From positions 1,184,001 through 1,248,000 of the forward strand of contig OY776562.1 in the NCBI GenBank assembly GCA_963675785.1: a stretch of DNA of 64,000 nucleotides, given 5' to 3'. Origin of the DNA: Anaerolineae bacterium. Lineage in GTDB: Bacteria > Chloroflexota > Anaerolineae > UBA1429. How positions within the stretch are numbered: the first letter of the stretch is position 1; each line of letters begins with the position of its first letter. A program made the position numbers and the translations under genes. The notes beneath the pieces are model-generated. The model ran no database searches. It saw only the letters and a list, made by a program, of their open reading frames with translations, and was not told the DNA's origin. Below, piece by piece: positions 9,423 to 18,613 of the stretch.

Positions 9423-10706
9423 GTGGAAGAGTCCAAGAACACCAACAAACACAGCTTGCGCGTTCTTTTGATTATAGTTGCGTTTCTTTTTACTTTTATC
9501 CTTGGTGGTTTTGCTGGAGCCGGTTCCTTTTGGTTAATTGATAGCTATTACCCACTTTCATCGCTTCGCGCTGCTTTGTCGGCAACAGACGGCAATACGG
9601 ATTCGTCGGAAGTGATCCAAACACGCGATGACCTGGTTTCTATTCTATGGGAAGCCTGGGACATTATCGAGTCTGACTATCTAGAAGCCGACTCTCTCGA
9701 CACGACCGAGCTGATGCGTGGCGCCGTGCGGGGCATGGTAGACGCGGTCGGCGATTCGCACACCCTCGTTCTCGACCCTGTAGCCGCCTCGATTGTCTCC
9801 GAAGACATGAGCGGCGAGTTTCAGGGAATAGGCGTTACAGTGGGTATGCCCGACACTGCTGATCGCCTGGTGGCTGTCGATATTCTCGATGGCTCTCCTG
9901 CAGAAGAAGTGGGTATGCAGGTCGGTGATGCGATCATTGCCGTGGATGGTACTCTCATCGAGGGACTATCGATGAACGATGCCATTACTCTGATTCGAGG
10001 ACCGGAGGGCACCGACGTTTTACTGACGATTGAACGTGACGAAGAGACCTTTGATCTGACGGTGACACGACGCGCTATCGAATATCCCAGTGTGTCGTTT
10101 GAGATGCTTGATGATAATATCGGTTATGTCGCCTTGACAGAGTTCAACGCCAATGCTGATGATCAGCTTGTCGAGGCGCTGACTGAGCTGCAGGATAAAG
10201 GCGCTGAGGCGCTTGTGCTCGATTTGCGCGGAAACCCCGGCGGTCTGCTTGATCAAGCCGTACAGATATCTGGCGAGTTCCTGCCCGACGAGACGTTGGT
10301 GGTTACCGAACACGGGCGTAATGAGACCGTCAACTCTTATCGTGTGAACGGCGAGGGAGCCGCCCTGAATGTTCCCATGGTCGTGTTGATTGATGGAAAT
10401 TCTGCCAGTGCCTCTGAGATTGTGGCGGGCGCATTGCAGGATTTGGGGCGCGCAGAACTGCTGGGTACCCAGAGTTATGGCAAGGGGTCTGTGCAAACAC
10501 TGCACACTCTGAGCGACGGTTCGCAACTGCGCGTTACCATCGCCAAATACGCCTTGCCCAGTGGTACCTTTATCGACGGGATAGGGTTGACCCCCGATTA
10601 TGTGGTTGAATTGGATGAAGACGCCTGGTACGAAGGGGTCGATACACAACTGGATGCGGCTATCGAGCTGCTTCTGAACGGAGAAATTACGAGCAATGCC
10701 GAGTGA
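9423..10706 (+). CDS. ctpA: S41 carboxyl-terminal processing protease with PDZ domain
   Basis: N-terminal TM segment, 'FQGIGV', 'LDLRGNPGG', 'SASASEIVAGAL', 'YGKGSVQ'. Confidence 0.92.
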   Translation: MEESKNTNKHSLRVLLIIVAFLFTFILGGFAGAGSFWLIDSYYPLSSLRAALSATDGNTDSSEVIQTRDDLVSILWEAWDIIESDYLEADSLDTTELMRGAVRGMVDAVGDSHTLVLDPVAASIVSEDMSGEFQGIGVTVGMPDTADRLVAVDILDGSPAEEVGMQVGDAIIAVDGTLIEGLSMNDAITLIRGPEGTDVLLTIERDEETFDLTVTRRAIEYPSVSFEMLDDNIGYVALTEFNANADDQLVEALTELQDKGAEALVLDLRGNPGGLLDQAVQISGEFLPDETLVVTEHGRNETVNSYRVNGEGAALNVPMVVLIDGNSASASEIVAGALQDLGRAELLGTQSYGKGSVQTLHTLSDGSQLRVTIAKYALPSGTFIDGIGLTPDYVVELDEDAWYEGVDTQLDAAIELLLNGEITSNAE

Positions 10707-11178
10707 CAAAGAGCGCGGCGGCGACCGTACCATAGCGACAAATCGCAAAGCGTTCCATGATTATACCATTGAGGACACGCTCGAGGCGGGTATCGTGCTG
10801 GTCGGTTCCGAGATCAAGTCAATCCGAGACAGCAAAGTGAATCTGGGTGACAGCTATGTCACCATTCGCCATGGTGAGGTTTGGCTCATTGGCACACATA
10901 TCAGCGGTTACAAAGAGGCTAGCTATCAGGATCACGATCCTCGCCGCGACCGCAAGTTGTTGCTGCACAAACGAGAGATCTGGCGTTGGGTGGCTCGTGC
11001 CGAGCAAAAGGGTTATACCATCGTGCCACTCAAGATATATCTCAAGGACAACCGTGCCAAGGTAGAAATAGGCCTTGCCAAGGGCAAGCATCAGCACGAC
11101 AAACGAGATGCGATCGCTGAGCGTGAATCTCAGCGGGATATTGCCCGGGCGCTGAAACAGAGCCGTTACGACGAGTAG
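10696..11178 (+). CDS. smpB: SsrA-binding protein
   Basis: 'IATNRKAFHDY', 'EAGIVLVGSEIKSIR', 'RKLLLHKREI', 'AKGKHQHDKR'. Confidence 0.97.
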   Translation: MPSDKERGGDRTIATNRKAFHDYTIEDTLEAGIVLVGSEIKSIRDSKVNLGDSYVTIRHGEVWLIGTHISGYKEASYQDHDPRRDRKLLLHKREIWRWVARAEQKGYTIVPLKIYLKDNRAKVEIGLAKGKHQHDKRDAIAERESQRDIARALKQSRYDE

Positions 11179-11192
11179 TATGAGTAAAACAT

Positions 11193-11223
11193 AAACGAGC
11201 AGGTGTCGAGCCTGCTCGTTTCT
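11193..11223 (+). terminator. Intrinsic terminator after smpB
   Basis: AAACGAGCAGG-tgtcgag-CCTGCTCGTTT. Confidence 0.7.
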
Positions 11224-11282
11224 CATTCCCCTACCCTGCTCTCACGGCGGGAAAATCGAGTGTTGGAAGTGGAGGCTCAAGA

Positions 11283-11504
11283 ATGAGCAAGCAGAGATTC
11301 GCAAGGATTTGTAGGGTAATTGGCATTGTATTGATCTTTGTCATGATAGGCCATGTCACAATAGCGTGGTATCATCATTTGCAGCATCCGGAATACAGTG
11401 CCCCCGCCTGGATCAATCTGAGCATTTCTCTCTATTATCTGATTCCTATAGCGGCATTGTTTGTTGGATCACGGATGTTGGACAAGCAAACAGACCGTAC
11501 CTAG
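11283..11504 (+). CDS. Small two-TM membrane protein
   Basis: GGAGG RBS; two hydrophobic segments flanking 'YSAPAW'. Confidence 0.7.
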   Translation: MSKQRFARICRVIGIVLIFVMIGHVTIAWYHHLQHPEYSAPAWINLSISLYYLIPIAALFVGSRMLDKQTDRT

Positions 11505-11567
11505 CGCAATGCCTTTTGGCCCACAGCGAGAAAATATCAGCATCGTGGATTTGGAGAGGGGTAGGAA

Positions 11568-12116
11568 ATGAACAAGGCCCTGGTACTGGTGGACATTCAA
11601 AACGACTATTTCATGCGTGTACAATCTCGCCTTGATGCTCCTGAAAAAGCCGCGGCTCAGGCCAAGCAGGCTCTGGAGTATTTCAGAAAGAACAACTGGC
11701 CTGTCATTTTTGTGCAGCATATCAGTTTGAAGGAGAACGCCCAATCTTTCGCACCCGGAACCCCAGGTGCAGAGATCTATGAGGGCGTTGCACCCCTGCC
11801 CGAAGAGAAGATTATCATCAAACATGAGCCGAGCAGCTTTTACGAGACCGAGCTCAAGGATGCGTTATACGCCAAGGGTGTTGGTCACATTGTGGTTTGC
11901 GGCATGATGAGCCATATGTGCATCGATACGACGGTGAGAGCTGCCAAGGATCTCGGATTTGCGGTCACGTTGTTGGAGGATGCCTGCACCACCAGGAATC
12001 TCCTCTGGCATGACACCGTTATTCCGGCCACGACGGTCCATCAGGCCTTTATGGCCTCGCTGGATGGCACTTTTGCCACTGTGAAAACGACGGCAGAATT
12101 TATCGCCGAGTCCTGA
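11568..12116 (+). CDS. Isochorismatase-family cysteine hydrolase
   Basis: 'LVDIQNDYF', 'IIKHEPSSF', 'GMMSHMCIDTT'. Confidence 0.92.
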   Translation: MNKALVLVDIQNDYFMRVQSRLDAPEKAAAQAKQALEYFRKNNWPVIFVQHISLKENAQSFAPGTPGAEIYEGVAPLPEEKIIIKHEPSSFYETELKDALYAKGVGHIVVCGMMSHMCIDTTVRAAKDLGFAVTLLEDACTTRNLLWHDTVIPATTVHQAFMASLDGTFATVKTTAEFIAES

Positions 12117-12133
12117 GGATAGAGCTAAATGTT

Positions 12134-12180
12134 ACCTCCCCACTGTGCTCATTAGGGGCATTTGTGGGGAGGTTTGTTTT
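12134..12180. terminator. Terminator between convergent genes
   Basis: ACCTCCCCA...TGGGGAGGT followed by a T tract. Confidence 0.65.
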
Positions 12181-12199
12181 CTCGGTAGTGCAGCAAGTC

Positions 12200-13078
12200 C
12201 TACTTGTCGAGAAACAAAGCGAGCTGGCGGCGTTTGTTCTCGGGGTAGCGATCAGGGGCGGTCATGATGGCGCCTTCCAGCGCATGGCGGCAGGCACAAT
12301 CCGTGTCAATATCCTGTGTCAGCTTGGGCACAGCCAGTCGAATGATCTCGCGGGCATTGGCCACATTGGCATTCACGTTGGCTACCACCATGTCTACAGT
12401 AACTGCCTCTTCTTCCTCATGCCAACAGTCATAGTCGGTTACCATGGCCACGGTGGCATAGCATATCTCGGCCTCACGAGCGAGCTTGGCCTCGGGCAGC
12501 GCTGTCATGCCGATCACATCACCGCCAATCTGACGGTAGAAAAGGGATTCGGCCTTGGTGGAGAACTGCGGGCCTTCCATTACGACCATCGTCCCCGTTT
12601 CATGAACGGTCACACCAACCTGACGAGCGGCCTCGGCAGCGATTTTTGATACATGGGAGCAATAGGGTTCGCCAAAGGCCACATGGGCTACGATGCCGTC
12701 GCCAAAGAAACTAGCCGGGCGGATTCCCTTGGTCCTGTCCAGAATCTGATCAGGTATGACGAAATCTCGCGGTATCAGTCCTTCACGCAGGCTGCCCACA
12801 GCACTAAAGGATAGCAGGCTTTTGACGCCCAGGCTCTTTAATGCCCAAATGTTGGCCCGAACAGGGAGTTCACTGGGGCTAATGCGGTGCCCCTTGCCAT
12901 GGCGTGGCAAAAAGGCAACACGCACGCCATCCAGACTTCCGACAAGGAGATCATCACTCGTAGCCCCAAAGGGTGTCTCGATGGTCAATTCTTGTATATC
13001 TGCCAGGCCATCAATCTCGTATAGCCCACTTCCACCAATGACACCAATCTGGACTGGTTTATCAACAGGTTGATACAT
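12200..13078 (-). CDS. mtnP: S-methyl-5'-thioadenosine phosphorylase
   Basis: 'GVIGGSG', 'LPRHG', 'EGPQFSTKAES', 'GMT..PEAKLARE', 'VTDYDCW'; ATG at 13078 after GGAGG. Confidence 0.93.
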   Translation of the reverse strand: MYQPVDKPVQIGVIGGSGLYEIDGLADIQELTIETPFGATSDDLLVGSLDGVRVAFLPRHGKGHRISPSELPVRANIWALKSLGVKSLLSFSAVGSLREGLIPRDFVIPDQILDRTKGIRPASFFGDGIVAHVAFGEPYCSHVSKIAAEAARQVGVTVHETGTMVVMEGPQFSTKAESLFYRQIGGDVIGMTALPEAKLAREAEICYATVAMVTDYDCWHEEEEAVTVDMVVANVNANVANAREIIRLAVPKLTQDIDTDCACRHALEGAIMTAPDRYPENKRRQLALFLDK

Positions 13079-13187
13079 AGCTGCCTCCGTTATTTGATAT
13101 CGCAAGGTTTGCTGATAGCCGTGATTGCTGCCGCGAATTTCTATCTAGTTTCTGTTATTCTGGCAGTGTATGCTGCCACACCTGTAC

Positions 13188-13216
13188 AGCATACGCGACG
13201 GCGTTCAGAGGGTCAA
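13188..13216 (-). promoter_or_regulatory. Sigma70-type promoter of mtnP
   Basis: TTGACC-17 nt-TATGCT on the minus strand. Confidence 0.55.
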
Positions 13217-13238
13217 ACTTGTGCCGGGGTATGGCAGC

Positions 13239-13268
13239 TTGCATCAAAGATATGGACTATGATATAAT
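13239..13268 (+). promoter_or_regulatory. Promoter of ssrA
   Basis: TTGCAT-18 nt-TATAAT with an extended TGn. Confidence 0.7.
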
Positions 13269-13278
13269 TCTGTTTGCA

Positions 13279-13666
13279 GGGGATGACTGGCTTCGACAGG
13301 GACGGCTGGTCAGAGATTGCAGGTCGGGGCGCCTGGACCTCGTTATTAACTGGGCAAAATTTAGGTGCCAACAACACTTTTGAACCGGAATATGCTTTCG
13401 CCGCGTAGGCGATAGCCTCTGTTCCATTGACTGACTCAAGTCAGTCACGTTTGACCCGAGCTTTGTCCGAGAGGTCGGTGTCAGGCGTCGAACAATTCGG
13501 ATTGCTGCCAACCAGGACGCCGCTAGCGGTTGGCTCAAGACAAGGCGGCTGGTGTCGATAGACCTGTCTATTGGTAACATCGACGCGAGATAACATAGAT
13601 AGACTAAACCTGTAGTATATCGCTGGTCGAACTCTTTGGACGCGGGTTCGATTCCCGCCATCTCCA
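13279..13666 (+). ncRNA. ssrA: tmRNA; tag peptide ANNTFEPEYAFAA (13367-13408)
   Basis: 5' GGGGATGACTGGCTTCGACAG; 3' GACGCGGGTTCGATTCCCGCCATCTCCA with the G3-U acceptor pair; tag ends in FAA-stop; smpB is nearby. Confidence 0.97.
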
Positions 13667-13673
13667 CAGAACT

Positions 13674-13721
13674 TTGCTCGCGGGTTCGCCTATTGATGGT
13701 GATCCGCGGGCAATGTTTTTT
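13674..13721 (+). terminator. ssrA terminator
   Basis: TTGCTCGCGGGTTCGCC...GGTGATCCGCGGGCAA followed by a T tract. Confidence 0.7.
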
Positions 13722-13760
13722 CCACGTTTGCATTTACTCAAGTCAGGGAGGGACACAATT

Positions 13761-14846
13761 ATGAATCGCCGACGACTGGTGCTTTTGCTATGCTTGCTCA
13801 TAGCCTCCGCATTACTGCTGGCATCGTGCAAGCCGCAGGAAGCAACCCCAGCCGCTTCAGGTGCTACCGGTGACAGTACTTCTGTTGCCGCGAATTCCAC
13901 AGCTACATCTGCACCAACTGTTGAGCCGACGGCGACAGAGTCAGTGGAGACTGCCAGTTTGGCAGATGTTCCGGGCTACCGTGCTGAATTTACAAGTGAA
14001 TACAGTATGGGTGAAGAGGGTTATAGCTCAACAACGACCATGGCCTATGTGGCTGATCCTCTGGCTTGGAGCATGACCAGCGATTCGGGCGATGGTGTCA
14101 CGAGCGAAACTCGCTATGTTGACGGAACGATGTACACCCGTGTTAGCGATACATGGACAGCTATCGTTCTATCTCCTGAAGATGCCGAAGATTATACTGG
14201 CCTCCTATTGGAAGATGATCTTGGCCTCGACGAGATGGACGATGCCTGTGACGACATGGGCAAAGAGGTTATCAACGGTTTCGATACTCGCCATTACAGC
14301 TGCGATGCCGTCGCACTTGACGAGTTGGCCGCTATGGCCGGGGAATTGGATGATGATAGTGCCCAGATCAAAGAGGGAACCTATGAACTTTGGGTTTCTG
14401 AAGAGTATGGTGTAGCGATCAAGATGATCATGTCCATGACTTATGAAGACCCTGATGAGGGGACATTCACCTGGAACTATAGCCAAACAATCCTCGAGAT
14501 TGGGGATGATGTCGTGATTGAAGCGCCCGAGGACGTTGAATCGACCTACGACTTTAGTGGCGTGGTATCTGAAGAGTTTGAGTTGCCGGTTATGGATGGC
14601 GCTACTGAGTTTTACACCATGATGGGCATGTCGGGATATGATGTTGTGGCTACTGCGGACGAGGTTAGCGAGTTTTACATGAACGCCATGGAAGCAGATG
14701 GTTGGACGTACGACACGACTAGCTCTGCGCCAGAGTATGGCTCTTATATGTGGACTCGTGGCACCCAGACGACGACCTTGATGGTTTCTGAAGATGAGGG
14801 GACGTCATCCGTTATGCTCGTGCTGGATGATGGCTCTGGTAGCTAG
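13761..14846 (+). CDS. Acidic lipoprotein, LppX/LprAFG (LolA-like) type domain
   Basis: Lipobox LLASC, Ala/Thr/Pro linker, 'GKEVINGFDTRHY', 'ELWVS'. Confidence 0.75.
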   Translation: MNRRRLVLLLCLLIASALLLASCKPQEATPAASGATGDSTSVAANSTATSAPTVEPTATESVETASLADVPGYRAEFTSEYSMGEEGYSSTTTMAYVADPLAWSMTSDSGDGVTSETRYVDGTMYTRVSDTWTAIVLSPEDAEDYTGLLLEDDLGLDEMDDACDDMGKEVINGFDTRHYSCDAVALDELAAMAGELDDDSAQIKEGTYELWVSEEYGVAIKMIMSMTYEDPDEGTFTWNYSQTILEIGDDVVIEAPEDVESTYDFSGVVSEEFELPVMDGATEFYTMMGMSGYDVVATADEVSEFYMNAMEADGWTYDTTSSAPEYGSYMWTRGTQTTTLMVSEDEGTSSVMLVLDDGSGS

Positions 14847-14865
14847 TTTGCTCTATCGATAAAGG

Positions 14866-14905
14866 AAGGACGGTGCAGCTTGAGCTGCACCGTCCTTTTT
14901 GTTTT
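14866..14905. terminator. Bidirectional terminator
   Basis: AAGGACGGTGCAGCT-tg-AGCTGCACCGTCCTT followed by a T tract. Confidence 0.85.
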
Positions 14906-14940
14906 ACGTCTCTGTCACTTGATCATGATGGCGTTGATTT

Positions 14941-17900
14941 CTAATTATTCAAAACCAACGGCAAGTACTGGAAGGCCTGACCGGAAATTACCTTGCTCAG
15001 CTCAAAAGTGCCCCCATCCATAGTAACACTGGCCTGGGTCGTAAGCGACGTGCCGTCAGGATACGTACTCCCCAGTTGGAATGTCAGGCGCAGAGTTTTT
15101 GTCTGCCCCTCTGCCAGTGTGCCGCTCCAGCTCAAGTGGCCGCTAGCATAAGTGCCGCCATCTGAGGAGACATAGATGGCGTCATCGGGCAAGGGTAGAT
15201 CGCCCTCGGCAGTAACAGTGGTTGCTGCAGCGTGTCGCAACGTCAGTAGGAGTGTTACTGTCTCCCCGGCTCGAGCCGGACCGCCAGAAGATGTAAAGGT
15301 TGAGGAACCTCCCAGAACTGGGTTCACCGTACATGTGTTGATGGCCGAATGCCCCAAAGAATCGTTGACTTGGACGGTAACAGTGATTGGCCGCCCGTTT
15401 TCCTCTGGAATCAGCGAGATAGAAGACCCTGTGGTTTCTACAATTCGTGTAGAGAGGCCATCATCAATCTGCCAGCGATAGCCCGAGAGGTTGCCATACG
15501 ATGACGCCGCAGAACAGGAAACCTGCACTGGTTCGTTGGCCTCTGCTGTCAGGTCATTACAGGTAACGTTTACCTGATCGTTCAGCCAATCGATAAGGCC
15601 CCCAAGCAATTCGGAGGCGCTTGTTGGCGAATTGCTGGCGATACCTTCGAGGCCAAAGCCAAGATAGGCCGTGCGGTAGGGTAAATCGAGATCGGGGTAC
15701 TCGATGGAAGGTTCAGCGGACTTGGCCACAGCTACCCCCCCATCCCCCACTGTGCTGTTCGAGGCTACACCCAACAAGGGAGAAACCAACATGGCGTCCG
15801 AGCCATCGGATAATCCGCCGAGTCCCAGTTCATCGACGGATGCCTGGTTTACCAGCGTGAGCTGCATATCTTGCAATGCGCCATTTGCTATGCCAAAAGC
15901 GGTCCCCGAGCTTGCGTCGAGAGCATCATTAGTCAAGAGATGTGCACCTAAATAGGTGTGAACCAGCGTCGAGAATCCCCACATTGTGTCTTCGTCACTG
16001 TTGACATCGCTGGCAGCCGCCAGATTCTGTCCAATAGCCAGCAGGTGCCCTCCTGATTCCAGGTATCTAGCTAACAGAGCCTGATCTGCCGAGGTAAGCG
16101 GCGTGGATACCAAATAATAGCCATCAGGATTGATGTTGTCGCCTGTAAGCCATACAACCGTCTCAAAAGCCAGCAGCTCGTCCAGATCGGGTATGGTGGT
16201 TTCTCCGCCATAGTTGATGTCGGCATCCCAATAGGTGACGCTATAGCCCGCGGCCTCCAAAGCCTGAAGAGTCAATTCACCATAGTCGGCATTACTCTCA
16301 AAGTGCGAGAAGTCGTTGTCGATGAGCAGCACATCCGCAGCAGCTGTCGGATTACGCAAGCTTGCCCAGAGCGGCACTGCGGTAACGTGAGTTCCATCAC
16401 TTATCAGCAGCCTGGCACTGGCGTCGCCCGGGGTAGCACTACTGTAGGTAGAAACACTCAAGCTGACGACTGTTTCTTGGCCAGGACTCATCGTAATGTC
16501 CGAAGGAAGCTGCAGGCGCAGTCGGCTATCGGCGCTGGCTGAAAAGGCATATGTCTGCGCTACCCCCGTGGTGCGGATGTCTCTTAGGGTGATATTGATC
16601 GTGGTCTGTTGGCCTGTGACCAGATTGGGAATGGCGATAGCGGATGGTTCTGCTATCAGGGTCAATGTATTTGAGGTTGCTATGTTGACATAGCCCGCAC
16701 CAGCATCCAAGGCTGAGGCAGTGGTGAGTGCACCATCCTCTTCTAGCGTAGCAGATGAAGCACCACCTTTGAGTGCTGCTTCCAGCGTCTCAGCTGACCA
16801 AGTTGAATGGGTAGACCACAGGTCCGCAGCAATGCCAGCGGCAGAAGCCGCTGCAGCAAGACTACTGGACATGACGCCGTAGGTGTTGCTGGGCAAAGCC
16901 GCAAGCACGTTGACGCCAGATGAGACCAGATCCGGCGCACTGAGACTGGAAAAGGCTGGTCCGCGCCCACTGAAATCGGCTACGGTACCTGCGGTAGTGT
17001 CTACCTCTCGTGCCCGAGGGTCGATCACCACAGCGGCGGTGCTATAAAGCGTAGCCCAGGCTTTTAAGCGTTCGCCATCACCCTGGCCGACGGCAATAAC
17101 GGGAATCGTGACACTGCTGCAAAGATCACCAGTGCAAGCCATCTCCAACTCGTCATCATCGCTGTTGATGATAATCACTGCCAAAGCACCGGCATCCTGG
17201 GCGTTTATCGCTTTTTCGACAAAGGTACAGCCGCCGCGCTCGATCAAAACGGCCGCCCCACTCAGATTTGCATTGATGGCAGAACACGCCTGGGCGTTAT
17301 CGGATTCCAGGTTTTCCAGATCTAGCAACTTGAGTTGAGCAGTAGGAAGACTAAGACGTTGTCCGAACAAAGCTGGGTACGTTTGGATATTCTGCAGAGA
17401 ATCAGGCACGCTACCAGAAGGTGCGGTAACATCCATCAAGTTTTGGAGTATCGCGGTTTCCCCAGAGGCCGCACCGACAACCAACACATCATCGACACTG
17501 GAAGCCGCATCTGTGGCAGTGCCAGCAGCGGGCCCTTCATCACCAGAGGGAACGACAACAAGAACACCCGCTGCAGTAGCCGCTGCCAACGCTTGCGAAA
17601 CAGGATCATTGCTGATACCCAAGGCGGCGGGACGAGTCCAGGGAGCCAGAATGATGTCGGCGCCATCGGCGACTGCGTCGTCAATCGCTTGAACCAATTC
17701 AACCGAGCTGGCAGAGGTACCATCCGGATCAAGACTGCCCGGGTAAAAGGCGCGATAGTTCATCAGCCAGGCCAAGGGGGCAAGCCCTTCTGTGGTGATG
17801 CTCGAACCCTGATATGAGGCAGTTACAGCATCACCGGCTGCCAGCGAGGCGGCAAAAGTGCCCAAGCCAGAATCATTATCGCCGGGGGAAGCATAACCTT

Positions 17901-18516
17901 CGCCGGTGATGGGAGTATTGCCGGGTTGTAGGTACATTCGTGCTACGATGACACGTTCGGTTGTGAAACGAGAATCGCCCCGAGGATAACCCGAAGGGGC
18001 CGACCAGCCATCTGCATCCAGCATGGGATGGGTCTCGTCGATGCCGCTGCTGATGACAGCGATCTTGATCCCCTGCCCTTCTGACGTCGCTTGCAGGGTC
18101 TGCTCGCTGCTGGTTTCACTAACCCAGTTTTCCAGTTCGACGGGGAGAGATGCGCTATCAAGAGTGTAGGTTGCTTCAGGGTAGACGGCCTGTACGCCGG
18201 GTGCAGCCAAGAGAGCAGCAGTAACTTGGTCAACCTGGTCATTGAAAACAGTGAGCACCGCCCCACTGAATACCGTGCCGCCCAGAGATTCGAGCGCTTG
18301 GTCCGAATAGGTTTGTACTGCGTCAATCTGCGAGGCCAAACTTTCGGCAGCGTTGATCGACGTAGCATCCGATGAGGAAGAGGTAAACTCGACAATCAGA
18401 CGAACCTGGCTTCTGTCCTCTGCGGCGCTTGCAGCCCGGTATACTGGCAGACATAGCGTGAGGACAAAGAGGATAGACAGCAGACTGCGAGTAAGGCGCG
18501 ATTGTATCAAGCGCAT
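14941..18516 (-). CDS. Secreted S8 subtilase-like protein with PA domain; catalytic triad degenerate
   Basis: Signal peptide, 'GQGIKIAVISSGIDETHP', PA domain 'LIERGGCTFVEKAINAQDAGA', 'FSGRGP', 'PDLVSSG', C-terminal 'YLPLV'. Confidence 0.88.
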   Translation of the reverse strand: MRLIQSRLTRSLLSILFVLTLCLPVYRAASAAEDRSQVRLIVEFTSSSSDATSINAAESLASQIDAVQTYSDQALESLGGTVFSGAVLTVFNDQVDQVTAALLAAPGVQAVYPEATYTLDSASLPVELENWVSETSSEQTLQATSEGQGIKIAVISSGIDETHPMLDADGWSAPSGYPRGDSRFTTERVIVARMYLQPGNTPITGEGYASPGDNDSGLGTFAASLAAGDAVTASYQGSSITTEGLAPLAWLMNYRAFYPGSLDPDGTSASSVELVQAIDDAVADGADIILAPWTRPAALGISNDPVSQALAAATAAGVLVVVPSGDEGPAAGTATDAASSVDDVLVVGAASGETAILQNLMDVTAPSGSVPDSLQNIQTYPALFGQRLSLPTAQLKLLDLENLESDNAQACSAINANLSGAAVLIERGGCTFVEKAINAQDAGALAVIIINSDDDELEMACTGDLCSSVTIPVIAVGQGDGERLKAWATLYSTAAVVIDPRAREVDTTAGTVADFSGRGPAFSSLSAPDLVSSGVNVLAALPSNTYGVMSSSLAAAASAAGIAADLWSTHSTWSAETLEAALKGGASSATLEEDGALTTASALDAGAGYVNIATSNTLTLIAEPSAIAIPNLVTGQQTTINITLRDIRTTGVAQTYAFSASADSRLRLQLPSDITMSPGQETVVSLSVSTYSSATPGDASARLLISDGTHVTAVPLWASLRNPTAAADVLLIDNDFSHFESNADYGELTLQALEAAGYSVTYWDADINYGGETTIPDLDELLAFETVVWLTGDNINPDGYYLVSTPLTSADQALLARYLESGGHLLAIGQNLAAASDVNSDEDTMWGFSTLVHTYLGAHLLTNDALDASSGTAFGIANGALQDMQLTLVNQASVDELGLGGLSDGSDAMLVSPLLGVASNSTVGDGGVAVAKSAEPSIEYPDLDLPYRTAYLGFGLEGIASNSPTSASELLGGLIDWLNDQVNVTCNDLTAEANEPVQVSCSAASSYGNLSGYRWQIDDGLSTRIVETTGSSISLIPEENGRPITVTVQVNDSLGHSAINTCTVNPVLGGSSTFTSSGGPARAGETVTLLLTLRHAAATTVTAEGDLPLPDDAIYVSSDGGTYASGHLSWSGTLAEGQTKTLRLTFQLGSTYPDGTSLTTQASVTMDGGTFELSKVISGQAFQYLPLVLNN

Positions 18517-18613
18517 GGGCCCTCCACAAGATGCTATAATTATGTAAACTATGGGACTATCTTGACGATAGCCCCATTCTTTGCCAATGCTCTATCACAT
18601 GCGTTTGGCGGTG

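Noticed and set aside
7141-13666. Integrative element at tmRNA mobilised by the recombinase, or an integron
   Set aside because: The recombinase lies upstream of ssrA, separated by housekeeping genes. I saw no att duplication, attC sites or IntI-specific insertion.
13257-13733. 158-aa minus-strand ORF
   Set aside because: Antisense shadow of tmRNA.
18523-18550. TTATGTAAACT (Firmicute dif arm); similar half-sites near 6651 and 36603
   Set aside because: No matching second arm at a 6-bp spacing; explainable as AT-rich promoter sequence.
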